DNA of 64,000 bases from a virus. Taxonomy: Duplodnaviria > Caudoviricetes. This document shows, piece by piece, positions 17,961 to 28,031 of this stretch. The notes under the pieces were generated by a model. That model saw nothing but the letters and a program-made list of their open reading frames with translations, did not search any database and was not told where the DNA came from. The stretch's first letter is position 1. Every line of letters starts with the position of its first letter. A program made the position numbers and the translations under genes. Where the stretch lies: the IMG/VR virus record IMGVR_UViG_3300011989_000005, positions 1 through 64,000 of that record. One strand, 5' to 3'.

Positions 17961-18242
17961 ATGAAAGCGAATATAGAGAATCTGAAGCAGGCTATGCAGC
18001 TGTGTGCCAAGGCGCACGGGGCGCAGTTCTGCGACTGGAGTGACGAAGACCAGCTGGCTATCGACAAGGCTAACGTGCCCGTGATGGCCGACGTGAGGAT
18101 GATCTGCGAGGCGTTCTTCGGGACGTTCTCGCCTCTGGACGAGAACTGGGGCTATACGGTCGTATGGCTCGGTATGCCCTTCCTGAAGGAAGTAAACGAA
18201 CAGCTGTTGGCTATGGCTCTGCCTGTGCAGATGGCAGCGTGA
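17961..18242 (+). CDS. hypothetical protein, ends QMAA
   Basis: ORF in packed array. Confidence 0.7.
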   Translation: MKANIENLKQAMQLCAKAHGAQFCDWSDEDQLAIDKANVPVMADVRMICEAFFGTFSPLDENWGYTVVWLGMPFLKEVNEQLLAMALPVQMAA

Positions 18243-18269
18243 GTGTGGGACAATTAAAACGAAACAATT

Positions 18270-18383
18270 ATGGCAAAGAAAATTTCTATCAGCAAGACTA
18301 TCAAGGCTGTGAAGGTGGCCTATCGTGTGAGTGACAACGAGGCACTGGAACTGGTGCCCATGTTTGTACGTAAGGCAGCGTAA
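18270..18383 (+). CDS. 37-aa protein, ends RKAA (not in ORF track)
   Basis: MAKKISISKT...FVRKAA. Confidence 0.65.
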   Translation: MAKKISISKTIKAVKVAYRVSDNEALELVPMFVRKAA

Positions 18384-18388
18384 GGACT

Positions 18389-18658
18389 ATGGCAATAATG
18401 AGCGACGCGCAGATTGCTGCGCAGTATTCGGACTTCAAGATTCTGGCACTATCGGTGGAGGAGAAGGACGATTATTTCACGGGGTGCATAGAGATAGAGT
18501 TTCCTAATGCCGACAACATCACGTTCGACGGCTATAAGTGTGACAACTTTATCGGCTATGGCAAGACGGGCAACCGTATTGCCTTCGACAACTGGTACCC
18601 TGACGAGGTGTACTACAATCTGTGTTATCAAATCAATAAACAACGTAAAGCAGCGTGA
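18389..18658 (+). CDS. hypothetical protein, ends RKAA
   Basis: ORF in packed array. Confidence 0.7.
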   Translation: MAIMSDAQIAAQYSDFKILALSVEEKDDYFTGCIEIEFPNADNITFDGYKCDNFIGYGKTGNRIAFDNWYPDEVYYNLCYQINKQRKAA

Positions 18659-18662
18659 GACT

Positions 18663-19772
18663 ATGGCAAACGAGATTAAGACGGCCAACGGAGTGGAGTA
18701 CCGCTTCGTGGGCGAGTATGGCAGCATCCGCATGGAGAACGCCAAGACCATCAACCGCTATCTGGAACTGAAGAGCGGCGAACCTGACACGGAGAAGTAT
18801 GGCGTGTTCTTCGCCTTCGGCAACGACCAGTTTGAGGAGGGGCGCAAACGCCTTATCGCCAAGGGCTACCTGAAGGAGGGCGAGAAGGTGTGCTCGGCTG
18901 GCATGGGGCTGTATGGCACCAGCGAGGAGATAGACCGCTATCTGGACTTCTATAAGCAGCTTGTGACGCTGCAGGGGCAGGAGTGCAACCCGCAGGAGGT
19001 GTACTTCTACGAGTGGAACAACCACGAGTGCATGGTGTCTATGGACGACGATCCTGCGCTGAAACTGATTATCGACATCTTCGGCAAGGAGGCGGCGCAC
19101 AAGATTAAGCGCATCTATCCCGGCACTCCTACCAACATACTGGCACCGCTGACGGAGCGCGACAAGCATCTGGGAGAGTATGACCACACGCTGAGAATGC
19201 TGGGGCGCATGGAGTTCGACTTGCACGGGTTCTTCAGCGAGGGCGACTGTCGCTATCAGCGGCCCGAAGACCTGTGGGCGGGCTGCGTGAAGGGCGAGAT
19301 ACAGAAGACAAGGGAACTATACAACGCCCTGCCCGACGACATCAAGGACGCTTCGCCTATGACGAAGCAGGAGATAGACGACTATGCCCGACGGCTGGAG
19401 CAGTGGGCTGACGCGGAGTTCTCGAAGGCGGAGTACGACCCCGTGCCCACGACCCGGCGCGAGGACTTGCCGCAGGAGATTGAACTGCAGGACAAGCTCT
19501 ACTATCGTGACGACGACGGCAAATATCAGACACCGACGCACGTATGGTTCTCGTGCGACTCGCGCCGCTCGCATCAGGACGAGCGCATGACGCACGGAAG
19601 GGCTATGACGAGCTATCTGGGCAAGAAGGGCACGACGCTGACGCCGGTGCTCATCAGCGACCCGACCGCACTGGGCATGAAGCCCTATCGGAGGGACGAC
19701 CTGTGCAACGTGTCGGCCAAGTATGAGTATAAGCCGCTGCACGGCAGACTGTATGAATTTTATTACGAGTAA
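18663..19772 (+). CDS. multidomain protein containing LPD11-like domain
   Basis: FFAFGNDQF/NHEC N-domain; LGRM..D..LWAG....EI...RELYNALP...MT...ID. Confidence 0.65.
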   Translation: MANEIKTANGVEYRFVGEYGSIRMENAKTINRYLELKSGEPDTEKYGVFFAFGNDQFEEGRKRLIAKGYLKEGEKVCSAGMGLYGTSEEIDRYLDFYKQLVTLQGQECNPQEVYFYEWNNHECMVSMDDDPALKLIIDIFGKEAAHKIKRIYPGTPTNILAPLTERDKHLGEYDHTLRMLGRMEFDLHGFFSEGDCRYQRPEDLWAGCVKGEIQKTRELYNALPDDIKDASPMTKQEIDDYARRLEQWADAEFSKAEYDPVPTTRREDLPQEIELQDKLYYRDDDGKYQTPTHVWFSCDSRRSHQDERMTHGRAMTSYLGKKGTTLTPVLISDPTALGMKPYRRDDLCNVSAKYEYKPLHGRLYEFYYE

Positions 19773-19784
19773 CAATTAAAAACT

Positions 19785-20984
19785 ATGGCAAAGAAACAAG
19801 TGGACGAAAGTCCGATGATGAAGCAATACCGCGACCTGAAGGCGAAGCATCCGGAGGCTATGCTGCTGTTCCGCTGCGGCGACTTCTATGAGACGTATGA
19901 GGACGACGCTAAGGAGTGTGCCAAGGTGCTGGGTATCACGCTCACCTTCCGTAACGGCGACAAGATGCCTATGGCGGGGTTCCCCTACCATGCACTCGAC
20001 ACCTATCTGCCCAAACTGACAAGGGCTGCCAATTCGGGGCAGATGAAGTTTAAGCGTATCGCTATCTGCGACCAACTGGACCCGCCGCCAGGACCGAGAC
20101 CCAAGCGCGGGACTACAACTGAGGACAACAATCAAAACAATTCGGAGGACGAAGTTATGAATAACGAGACAATGAAGGTGACCGACCTTATCGGCAAGAG
20201 TATCAGCAACGGCGGTAACGCCAAGTACACAATCAACAGCATCGAGGGCGACAAGGTGAGCGTGACGTTCCAGATGGGCGACAGCGAGGGCAAGCCTATG
20301 ACTATGGGCGTGGCTCAGGTGGAGAAGCTGCTGCAGGGCGGCTGGACTGTTGGCGCGGGCACGGCGCAGGAGCCTACCAAGCAGGAGGCACCCAAGACGG
20401 AGGAGTCTGCCGCCAAGACGGTGACTATGGGCGAGACGAAGAAGCCGCATGGCATTATGCCGAAGTCGAAGGTGACGCTGCGCAAGAAGCAGCCGCAGAC
20501 GGAGGAGCCTGAAACCAGCAACGTGAAACCTGAAACCAAGGCGGGCAAACTGGTGTATAGCGCCTATACGAACAAGAAGGGCAAGACGTGCGCCAAGGTG
20601 AGCGGATTCGCCGAGACGGACGCAGCCTATCAGCAAGCAATCAGTCTGCACGGATTGGCTTCCTACGAGACGGTGAAAGGTGAGCGCGTGAACTTCCTGA
20701 CGTTCGGTCCCCGCTATGCGGAGGTGGCAAAGACCGTATGCCAGATGCTGAACGAGGGCAAGAGCCTGGATGACTGCCAGGCTATCGTGGACAAGGCTAC
20801 CGAGGAGCGTATGGCAAAGCGAGAGGAGCGCAAGCAGAAACGCGAGACCTATCGTGAGCAGCACACTCCCAACCCATCCCCGAAGGGCAAGACCTATACC
20901 GAGCAGGAGGTGGCTGACCTGATGCGCCGAGTCATCGCCGGCGACAAGGAGGCTATGGCTATTGTCAATGCTATGGCGGCGTAA
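19785..20984 (+). CDS. MutS domain I fused to unknown domains, ends MAA
   Basis: SPMMKQY..K...[18 protein letters not shown]. Confidence 0.85.
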   Translation: MAKKQVDESPMMKQYRDLKAKHPEAMLLFRCGDFYETYEDDAKECAKVLGITLTFRNGDKMPMAGFPYHALDTYLPKLTRAANSGQMKFKRIAICDQLDPPPGPRPKRGTTTEDNNQNNSEDEVMNNETMKVTDLIGKSISNGGNAKYTINSIEGDKVSVTFQMGDSEGKPMTMGVAQVEKLLQGGWTVGAGTAQEPTKQEAPKTEESAAKTVTMGETKKPHGIMPKSKVTLRKKQPQTEEPETSNVKPETKAGKLVYSAYTNKKGKTCAKVSGFAETDAAYQQAISLHGLASYETVKGERVNFLTFGPRYAEVAKTVCQMLNEGKSLDDCQAIVDKATEERMAKREERKQKRETYREQHTPNPSPKGKTYTEQEVADLMRRVIAGDKEAMAIVNAMAA

Positions 20985-21029
20985 AGGAAGTGAAAAGTGA
21001 AGAGTGAAGAATAAAGAATTAAAGTAGTT

Positions 21030-22100
21030 ATGGCAACGAAAAGAGACAACGGAGGCCAGCAGAAGAAGCGTGGCTTCCAGATGAACGACAAGCAGAAGGC
21101 GAAGTATGCCGAGTTATTTACCAGCGCCCTCGACCAGATGGAGGATGCGGAGTGGACGAAGCCGTGGGTCAGTCCCCGACACGGGTCGCCGATGAACTAT
21201 AAGTGGCGCAAGCCGTACAGAGGAATCAACAACTTCATCTTGACCCTGCTATGCGCTATCAAGGGGTGGGAAGCACCTCTGTTCCTGACGTTCGAGCAAC
21301 TTACCGACATGGGGCTATCGCTCAATATGATGGAGGACGAAGAGGGCAACGTGGTGCTGAAGGACAACGGGATGCCGAAGTTTGAGAGCAGCTTCCCCGT
21401 AGTGAAAAAACTGCCCACCTACTATCTGGATCACAAGAAGCTGACGCAGAAGGAATATGACGAGCTGGACGACGAGGACAAGGAGCGTGTGAACACGCAC
21501 TTCCGACCTAAGACCTTTCCGGAGTTCAACCTATCGCAGACGGACTTCAAGGCGAAGTTCCCCGAGAAGTGGGAGGAGCTGACCCGTCTGCCTGAGCACG
21601 ACTATAAGAGCGGAACCAAGGACGAGGTGCTGGAGCGGATGATCATGCAGGGCGAGTGGCGCTGCGCTATCAAGTTCACGAGGCATGAGAGCTACTACTC
21701 GCCCACGAAGGACGTCATCTGCCTGCCGGAGCGCAGCCACTTCCTCGGCGACGAGCTGTTCTATTCGACGGCTATTCACGAGATGGCGCACTCTACGGCG
21801 GGCGAGCTGAAGCGCGACATGGGCGGCGAGGGATTCGGCTCTGAGGGCTATGCCCGTGAGGAGTTCGTGGCGGAGCTGACGTCGGCGTGCGTATGCTCAA
21901 TGCTGGGTATCGGCAGGTTGCTCGACCAGCAGCATATCGCCTATGTGCAGAACTGGCGTCAGGCTATCAGAGACGACAAGGACTTCATTCCTGCCGTGAT
22001 AGACCATGTGCAGCGGGCTACGAACTACTTCCTTCGCCGCTATGACGAGGTAAACAAGCAGATGCACCCGCTGATGCTGCCTATGCCGATGGCGGCGTGA
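21030..22100 (+). CDS. ardC: ArdC-like antirestriction protein (ssDNA-binding plus zincin)
   Basis: WTKPW, YRGIN, FLTFEQ, HEMAHST, YAREEFVAEL. Confidence 0.9.
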   Translation: MATKRDNGGQQKKRGFQMNDKQKAKYAELFTSALDQMEDAEWTKPWVSPRHGSPMNYKWRKPYRGINNFILTLLCAIKGWEAPLFLTFEQLTDMGLSLNMMEDEEGNVVLKDNGMPKFESSFPVVKKLPTYYLDHKKLTQKEYDELDDEDKERVNTHFRPKTFPEFNLSQTDFKAKFPEKWEELTRLPEHDYKSGTKDEVLERMIMQGEWRCAIKFTRHESYYSPTKDVICLPERSHFLGDELFYSTAIHEMAHSTAGELKRDMGGEGFGSEGYAREEFVAELTSACVCSMLGIGRLLDQQHIAYVQNWRQAIRDDKDFIPAVIDHVQRATNYFLRRYDEVNKQMHPLMLPMPMAA

Positions 22101-22228
22101 GATTTAAGTGAAGAGTGAAGAGTGAAGAGTGAAGAATTTGCTACCGCTCGACTATTTGCGGAGCGGCTACTGCCCTTGTGGGTGGGGTCGCTCCGCGAGA
22201 AATTATTATTAAAATTATTCAAACGACT

Positions 22229-22579
22229 ATGGCAAATTATATAGACATGATGGTCAGCAATACGCTGGAGAGGTTTAACCGTAGCAAGCTGAAGACTGTG
22301 CGCGACAACCTGGGGCTGAACCCTAAAGACGGAAAGTATTGCATAAGCGGGGACTTGGGCTATATGTCTTTAAGGCTCTTCTACTGCGGCGCGGAGGTCA
22401 GGCAGTACGACAACGGCAAGGTGTTCGTGTACTTCGACTATGACGACCGTGTTGGAGCGTGGGGCGGCTATACCCGTAAGTACGAGGTGAAGGACTTGGA
22501 TATATTCAAGTCGCCACGATGGATAAGCATCATCAAGAGCGAGGGCGTAAAGGCTTCGCCGGATGTGATAATGATCTAA
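22229..22579 (+). CDS. hypothetical protein
   Basis: ACGACTATG start. Confidence 0.7.
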   Translation: MANYIDMMVSNTLERFNRSKLKTVRDNLGLNPKDGKYCISGDLGYMSLRLFYCGAEVRQYDNGKVFVYFDYDDRVGAWGGYTRKYEVKDLDIFKSPRWISIIKSEGVKASPDVIMI

Positions 22580-22591
22580 AACGAAACGACT

Positions 22592-23080
22592 ATGGCAGTA
22601 AGAAACATGGACGCTATTGAGCGTCAGGGCAAGATGATTGCCGAGCAGAAGGCCAACGAGCGCAAGATGCGTGAGGATGGCTTCTGGCAGAGAGTGAACA
22701 CTATCAGGGCGTGCCACGACGACGCGGTGGACTTCATCGACACGGTGGATGCGCTGGTCAAGAACGGGCTGCGCTGGAGGTTCTCCGAGTGGATGAAGCA
22801 GCAGAACGTGAGCTATACTATCTACGACAAGAAGCTGGGCGTGTGTTGTCTGAGCGACAACAGGCAGGATGCTCATGTGTATTATGTACCTACGGAGAAC
22901 GCTGTCTGCTTCGGCTGGAGCGGCTGGGGTATGTGTGAGTATTACTCGACGAATGAGAAGATGGACTATTTCATTCATACCTATCTCAGCGACCACGGCT
23001 ACGACAAGGGACTGACGATGATGGCCACACGGCTGCAGCCGTTCTTGAAGGCATTCTTTGAGTGGGTGAAAACAATTTAA
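22592..23080 (+). CDS. hypothetical protein
   Basis: ACGACTATG start. Confidence 0.7.
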   Translation: MAVRNMDAIERQGKMIAEQKANERKMREDGFWQRVNTIRACHDDAVDFIDTVDALVKNGLRWRFSEWMKQQNVSYTIYDKKLGVCCLSDNRQDAHVYYVPTENAVCFGWSGWGMCEYYSTNEKMDYFIHTYLSDHGYDKGLTMMATRLQPFLKAFFEWVKTI

Positions 23081-23093
23081 ACGAGTAACGACT

Positions 23094-23438
23094 ATGGACA
23101 AGACTATATTGAACAGGATCCTGGCGGCGTGGTTTGAAGGCAGCCGCTATGTGACTGGAGAGAGCGACGAGTATGGCGACACCCGCTATGTGGGGTTGCA
23201 CGGCGGGCGGACTTCGGAGGTAGTGGCGAACGAGGCGCATCCCGACTCGCTGACGGTCTATGAGATCGACAAAGGTGGCTCGTATCTGAATGCGTTTAAT
23301 TTCGAGTTTGGAGACGGGACGGGTCACGGCGAGAACCTGCGGCTTATCGGCATGGAGGGCAGCGGGCACGACTTCAAGTTTGAACTGGTGCGCAACTATT
23401 CCGAGTGCCACACAACGATAACAATGATTAAACAATAA
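23094..23438 (+). CDS. hypothetical protein, paralogue of 25470
   Basis: near-identical to 25470..25820. Confidence 0.8.
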   Translation: MDKTILNRILAAWFEGSRYVTGESDEYGDTRYVGLHGGRTSEVVANEAHPDSLTVYEIDKGGSYLNAFNFEFGDGTGHGENLRLIGMEGSGHDFKFELVRNYSECHTTITMIKQ

Positions 23439-23451
23439 AACAGAGACAACT

Positions 23452-23673
23452 ATGGCAAAGGAAACTAAAGGCTATTCCAACGACAGGGACGGCAAACTGA
23501 GTTGGCTGCTTGACAGTCACTATAACCTGTATCATGCAGATATAATCTACAACGCTATGCACGACGACAATGTGAGCATACAGGACTTTATTCATGGATG
23601 CACTATGATTCACGCGGAAGAGGGTAGGGACAACGACGAGTTTGTACCCGACGAGTTTGAACATCTAAAGTGA
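23452..23673 (+). CDS. hypothetical protein
   Basis: ORF in packed array. Confidence 0.65.
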   Translation: MAKETKGYSNDRDGKLSWLLDSHYNLYHADIIYNAMHDDNVSIQDFIHGCTMIHAEEGRDNDEFVPDEFEHLK

Positions 23674-23680
23674 CGAGACT

Positions 23681-24073
23681 ATGGGACAATGTTATTCTGT
23701 GGCAATCAAAGCGAGATTCACTGACGAGGACGGCGCAAAGAAAGCGCTGCAGGCGAAGCTCGGCAGGCATGAAGAGGAGCACGTCAATTACAGCCTTGAC
23801 CACTTCACGGGTGAGCTTGGTCTGTCTACTGACAACCTGCACGACCTGATGGGCATATTCTTCGGCGGCTGGAAGGGCAGGCTCGAAACTGCACCTGCCG
23901 ACAAAACGTGGGAGTTTGCCGACTTCGATGCCTCCTATGGCTGGGAAAGTCTTATGATGGATGCCTTCGAGACAATCGCACCTTACCTGGCTGACGACTC
24001 TGTAATTAAAATCTTGCCCGATTCCGGTTGTGATCACGGAACAGTCAGGAACGGGAAATGCAAATGGGCATAA
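23681..24073 (+). CDS. hypothetical protein
   Basis: ORF in packed array. Confidence 0.7.
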   Translation: MGQCYSVAIKARFTDEDGAKKALQAKLGRHEEEHVNYSLDHFTGELGLSTDNLHDLMGIFFGGWKGRLETAPADKTWEFADFDASYGWESLMMDAFETIAPYLADDSVIKILPDSGCDHGTVRNGKCKWA

Positions 24074-24094
24074 CTATTAAAACAAGTAACGACT

Positions 24095-24841
24095 ATGGAA
24101 AAGAAAGATTTCTATGAAGACATCAAGGAGCTGCACAAAAACATCGTGGCTGAGACGGTGGCCCTGATGGTGGAGCACGGCGTGAAGGAGGTTGACCTGC
24201 TGGGCAGCGACTGCGACCATGCCTATGTGATGGGTTATCCGGGCGACGGGACCGGCGTGATGGAGATGGAGGTGAGCAAGGTGTACTATAAGGACTGTCA
24301 GCTGTGGCTCGACGTTATCCTCGACATCGACACAGAGGAACTGGCCGAGCAGAACGAGGACGGCGACATCGGTGATGCCTACCAGTGCTGGCGTGCCAAC
24401 GACTTCGAGCACTTCAAGCCCTGCGGCGGTATCGAAATGGTGTATGAGAGTGTATGGCAGGTGTTGGAGCGGCGGCTGCCCGAGGTGACGGAACCGGAGG
24501 AAATGGAGTTCTACAGCATCGAGCCCGACGGCAAGGGCGGCAAGCGGATACACGTATTGGGCTACTGCTATACCGAGGGCGACGACCAGGGCGAGGGACC
24601 GTGGCGCAACGTGGAGTACACGGGCTTCATTGAGCCGTTGCAGGAGTTTATCGACCACCTGAAGCAGAACGAGAACTATGTGGACGAGACGGCTGCCGAC
24701 GTGAAGCAGTACATCGGTGACTATACCGACGAGGGGATGGCCGACGTCATCAACCACTATTTCGACGGGCACACGGCGAACCGCCGCCTGCACTATTCGG
24801 AGATTACTATCGACACACCCTGCTGGGATTATATCAACTAA
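24095..24841 (+). CDS. acidic hypothetical protein
   Basis: GTAACGACTATG start. Confidence 0.75.
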   Translation: MEKKDFYEDIKELHKNIVAETVALMVEHGVKEVDLLGSDCDHAYVMGYPGDGTGVMEMEVSKVYYKDCQLWLDVILDIDTEELAEQNEDGDIGDAYQCWRANDFEHFKPCGGIEMVYESVWQVLERRLPEVTEPEEMEFYSIEPDGKGGKRIHVLGYCYTEGDDQGEGPWRNVEYTGFIEPLQEFIDHLKQNENYVDETAADVKQYIGDYTDEGMADVINHYFDGHTANRRLHYSEITIDTPCWDYIN

Positions 24842-24855
24842 CGACGAAACGATTT

Positions 24856-25464
24856 ATGGCAAAGAAACTATGGGAGGCCGCCCTGGAAAAGGCCAACGAG
24901 AACCTGAAGGAGTATGGCGCACAGTTGGAGGTGCGCCGTCAACTGGGAGGTGGCGACTATTCGCTTAACGTCAGTTGGAGCGACGGCGAGACGGAGAACT
25001 ATGCCAGCGGTTTCTATGAGGAGGAACTGGATCAGTTGGTGAGCGAGGCGTGGCCGGACGTGAGAATCAAGAGCCGCCATCGCGGCGACAGGATTATCCG
25101 CTGCATCGTGCATGTCGATACCACGGAGCGGTCGGTGCTCGACGGCGGCAAGTTCATTCACGAGCATGAGTATCTGGGCAGCGAGGAAGCCGCCGTGCGC
25201 TGGATGAACCAGACGCTGCACTATGTGCTCGACGACGCGGCGGAGATTGTGAGCATCGAGGACCTTATCAGCGTGAACGCTGCGCTGGCTGAGCAGTACG
25301 ACAGCCCGGCGAACACGGAAGCCTACGCCTCTATCGAGGACATCACGGAGGAGGTGATTGTGAAGTGCAGCGAGGTGTTCTGCGAGCACCACTGGAGCCA
25401 CAAGGCACTCACGGCTATAGCCGACGAGCTGGGAGTGGATTTGTATGACATTGAAAAACAGTAA
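24856..25464 (+). CDS. acidic hypothetical protein
   Basis: ORF in packed array. Confidence 0.75.
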   Translation: MAKKLWEAALEKANENLKEYGAQLEVRRQLGGGDYSLNVSWSDGETENYASGFYEEELDQLVSEAWPDVRIKSRHRGDRIIRCIVHVDTTERSVLDGGKFIHEHEYLGSEEAAVRWMNQTLHYVLDDAAEIVSIEDLISVNAALAEQYDSPANTEAYASIEDITEEVIVKCSEVFCEHHWSHKALTAIADELGVDLYDIEKQ

Positions 25465-25469
25465 CGACT

Positions 25470-25820
25470 ATGGACAAGACGATATTGGATAAGATTCTGG
25501 CGGCGTGGTTTGACAGTGGCCGCTATGTGACTGGAGAGGTCGACGAATATGGCGACACCCGCTATGTGGGGCTGCACGGCGGGCGGTGCTCGGAGGTAGT
25601 GAAGAACGAAGAACATCCCGACTCGCTGACGGTCTATGAGATCGACAAGGGTGGATCGTACCTTGGCGGCGACGGCTTTGAGTTTGAAGGTGGAATCAGG
25701 TCTGACAGCCATGAGAAGAACCTGCGAATGATAGGCATGGAGGGCAGCGGGCACGACTTCCGCTTTGAGCTGGCAAGAAACTATTCAGAGTGCCACACAA
25801 CGATAAAAATGATAATGTAA
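25470..25820 (+). CDS. hypothetical protein, paralogue of 23094
   Basis: near-identical to 23094..23438. Confidence 0.8.
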   Translation: MDKTILDKILAAWFDSGRYVTGEVDEYGDTRYVGLHGGRCSEVVKNEEHPDSLTVYEIDKGGSYLGGDGFEFEGGIRSDSHEKNLRMIGMEGSGHDFRFELARNYSECHTTIKMIM

Positions 25821-25825
25821 CGACT

Positions 25826-26470
25826 ATGATTATCAGATTCAAATTCACGTCATTCGACGGACAGATTGTTGAGGGGATGCGGACGGAACTGGACCGCAAC
25901 TATCCCGACGAAGAGACGGCGCTCATCCTCGTGGAGGACGAGCACCATGCCGACACGGAGGGCTACTTCGAGCTGAACATCCGCAAGGACAAGGACGGGC
26001 GGCTGACACAGGATGGCTATGTGGCGGAGTATGAGAGCAGCGACGAGGCAGAGGCGGCACACATCACGGAGCTGACCCTGCTGGAGGTGACGGAGCACGA
26101 CTTCGACGAGACGTTGCGCGAGGCCAACGAGACGCTGCAGCCATTCGGCAAGCGTATCGTGACAGACTACGACGGTGAGGGCTACTGGTCTGTAGGCAGC
26201 ACCGACATGGACGGCAGTAATCCTGACTGGTATGCCGATGCCGACTTCGAGCATGAGGTGAGGTCTTCTATCAACGAGTGTCTGGCTCATGTGCTGGCCA
26301 GGGTGAAGAACCCGGAGCTGTGGCAGCAGGGGCAGGACAAGATGGCGCAGATACGCCAGCTATGGGAGAGCCTGACGGGTATTGAGCAGGTGGACCTGAT
26401 GGTGGAGTTCTACTACGGATTGATGGACGCGGAGAAAGACAGATTTTTGAGTGAGACGGAAAACGGGTAA
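25826..26470 (+). CDS. acidic hypothetical protein
   Basis: GTAACGACTATG start. Confidence 0.75.
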   Translation: MIIRFKFTSFDGQIVEGMRTELDRNYPDEETALILVEDEHHADTEGYFELNIRKDKDGRLTQDGYVAEYESSDEAEAAHITELTLLEVTEHDFDETLREANETLQPFGKRIVTDYDGEGYWSVGSTDMDGSNPDWYADADFEHEVRSSINECLAHVLARVKNPELWQQGQDKMAQIRQLWESLTGIEQVDLMVEFYYGLMDAEKDRFLSETENG

Positions 26471-26475
26471 CGACT

Positions 26476-26859
26476 ATGGGAAAGAAATTTAGGTGCGAGG
26501 CACCAATCGACAACAAGAACCTGATGGAGGATGGGTTTGAGGACGATGTATTCCGGGATTTCTATTGGGCTCCCGAGCACAGGGCAAGCAAGCGCCGCCA
26601 TCTGGTTGGCGTGGTGGATTCTGAGAACTATGGCGCTATGGTGGACGTGAAATGGTCGTGGGGCGAGCATCAGATTGACATCCAGGTTATAGGCATTCAG
26701 CCTTCGGAGGATATCGACGAGGTGCGCCGCGAGGTGTTCGACCACTACGAGCGGACTTTCAAGGCGTGGCAATGCGAGGACAACCCCGGACTGGTGGTCG
26801 AGACCAAAGAGGTGCTTGGCATCCTGACTGTGAGTTTCTATTTTGAGACGGACGATTAA
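26476..26859 (+). CDS. acidic hypothetical protein
   Basis: GTAACGACTATG start. Confidence 0.7.
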   Translation: MGKKFRCEAPIDNKNLMEDGFEDDVFRDFYWAPEHRASKRRHLVGVVDSENYGAMVDVKWSWGEHQIDIQVIGIQPSEDIDEVRREVFDHYERTFKAWQCEDNPGLVVETKEVLGILTVSFYFETDD

Positions 26860-26871
26860 AACAGAGAGGCT

Positions 26872-27060
26872 ATGGTAAAGAGATTTAACGTGGACGTGGA
26901 TATCACCATGTCGTGCCGTATCGAGGTGGATGCGGAGAGTGAGGAACAGGCGAAGACTATCGTGGGCAACTGGATAGGCGACGACCCGTGGCAGTACGTC
27001 AGGGACGGGCATTATGTCGGGCACGAGTTCGAGAAGGTGAGCGAGTGCGGCGAAGAGTAG
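26872..27060 (+). CDS. DpnD/PcfM-like small protein
   Basis: FNVDV...IEVDAESEEQA. Confidence 0.55.
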   Translation: MVKRFNVDVDITMSCRIEVDAESEEQAKTIVGNWIGDDPWQYVRDGHYVGHEFEKVSECGEE

Positions 27061-27171
27061 TGGTCGCCTCACTGCGAGTTCTGCGACACCATCGTATAAA
27101 ATACGACCACGGGTGAATGGATTTCACAGAATATGTGTATTTTTGCAAACGGATTTAAAAACAATACGGCT

Positions 27172-27453
27172 ATGGATATCAAGCAAATTATTCGGCTGAC
27201 TCCTGAGCAGGAGCAGTTGTGCAAGGAGATGGAAGCCCTCTATCAGAAGATGCAGGCAGCGGGTATCGCCTTCGCAAAGAGCGAGAACGGAGATGTGGTG
27301 GCTTATAATGCCACGGAGATTGAGGACTGTGAGAGTGCCGATGTCTGGGGCGACGGTCCTGACGGCTATGAGTATGCAGAGCAGAACGATATGCGCCGGC
27401 TGTTCCCCGTATGGGGCTGCGAGACGCTGTATGTAAAACGTAAAACGGAGTAA
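27172..27453 (+). CDS. hypothetical protein
   Basis: TATTTTTG promoter box upstream. Confidence 0.7.
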   Translation: MDIKQIIRLTPEQEQLCKEMEALYQKMQAAGIAFAKSENGDVVAYNATEIEDCESADVWGDGPDGYEYAEQNDMRRLFPVWGCETLYVKRKTE

Positions 27454-27458
27454 CGACT

Positions 27459-27704
27459 ATGACGAAGTACAAAGCGACTATCATCTTCGGAGAGTATGCG
27501 GCCAAGGCTTATTGCAATGGCGGCGTGGAGGAAATGGCGGAACACATGGACGAGGGCCAGCTGACGGTGCGCGAGTTTGACACTGAGGCAGAGCGGCGGG
27601 CCTACATCATGGGCATCGACGACAGTGACGGGTGGCTGGGTGCCGCCGTGCTGAGCAAGGAGGATGCCGAGTGTGACACAGTGAAACAACTATTAAACGA
27701 GTAA
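27459..27704 (+). CDS. hypothetical protein
   Basis: GTAACGACTATG start; EFDTEAERRAY. Confidence 0.7.
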   Translation: MTKYKATIIFGEYAAKAYCNGGVEEMAEHMDEGQLTVREFDTEAERRAYIMGIDDSDGWLGAAVLSKEDAECDTVKQLLNE

Positions 27705-27959
27705 CCTATCAGCCCCGCACGGATCAACCTGCCCTTTGATGGGATGCGGGGCACTAACTTACGATGGATGATGTAAGAGGGAAGATGTAAGATGTCGGCC
27801 TTCAGCCATCAAAAAGAGTTTTGGCTATCGCCGAAAATTCTACGCCATGCCAAAGCTGAAGCGAGCTTCGCTTTGGTCATCTGGCTTAAACGTAATTTTC
27901 ATAACTTGTAAATGCCCGAGCCGGGTGCTCCGGTCGGGCGATTTGATTTTGAATGTTGA

Positions 27960-27996
27960 TGATGCAGCCTGTCGGGATGACACGCTGCATCTTTTT
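27960..27996 (+). terminator. intrinsic terminator-like hairpin
   Basis: GATGCAGC...GCTGCATC then TTTTT. Confidence 0.5.
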
Positions 27997-28031
27997 AGTT
28001 ACGATTATTTACCCCTAAAAGATATACGACT

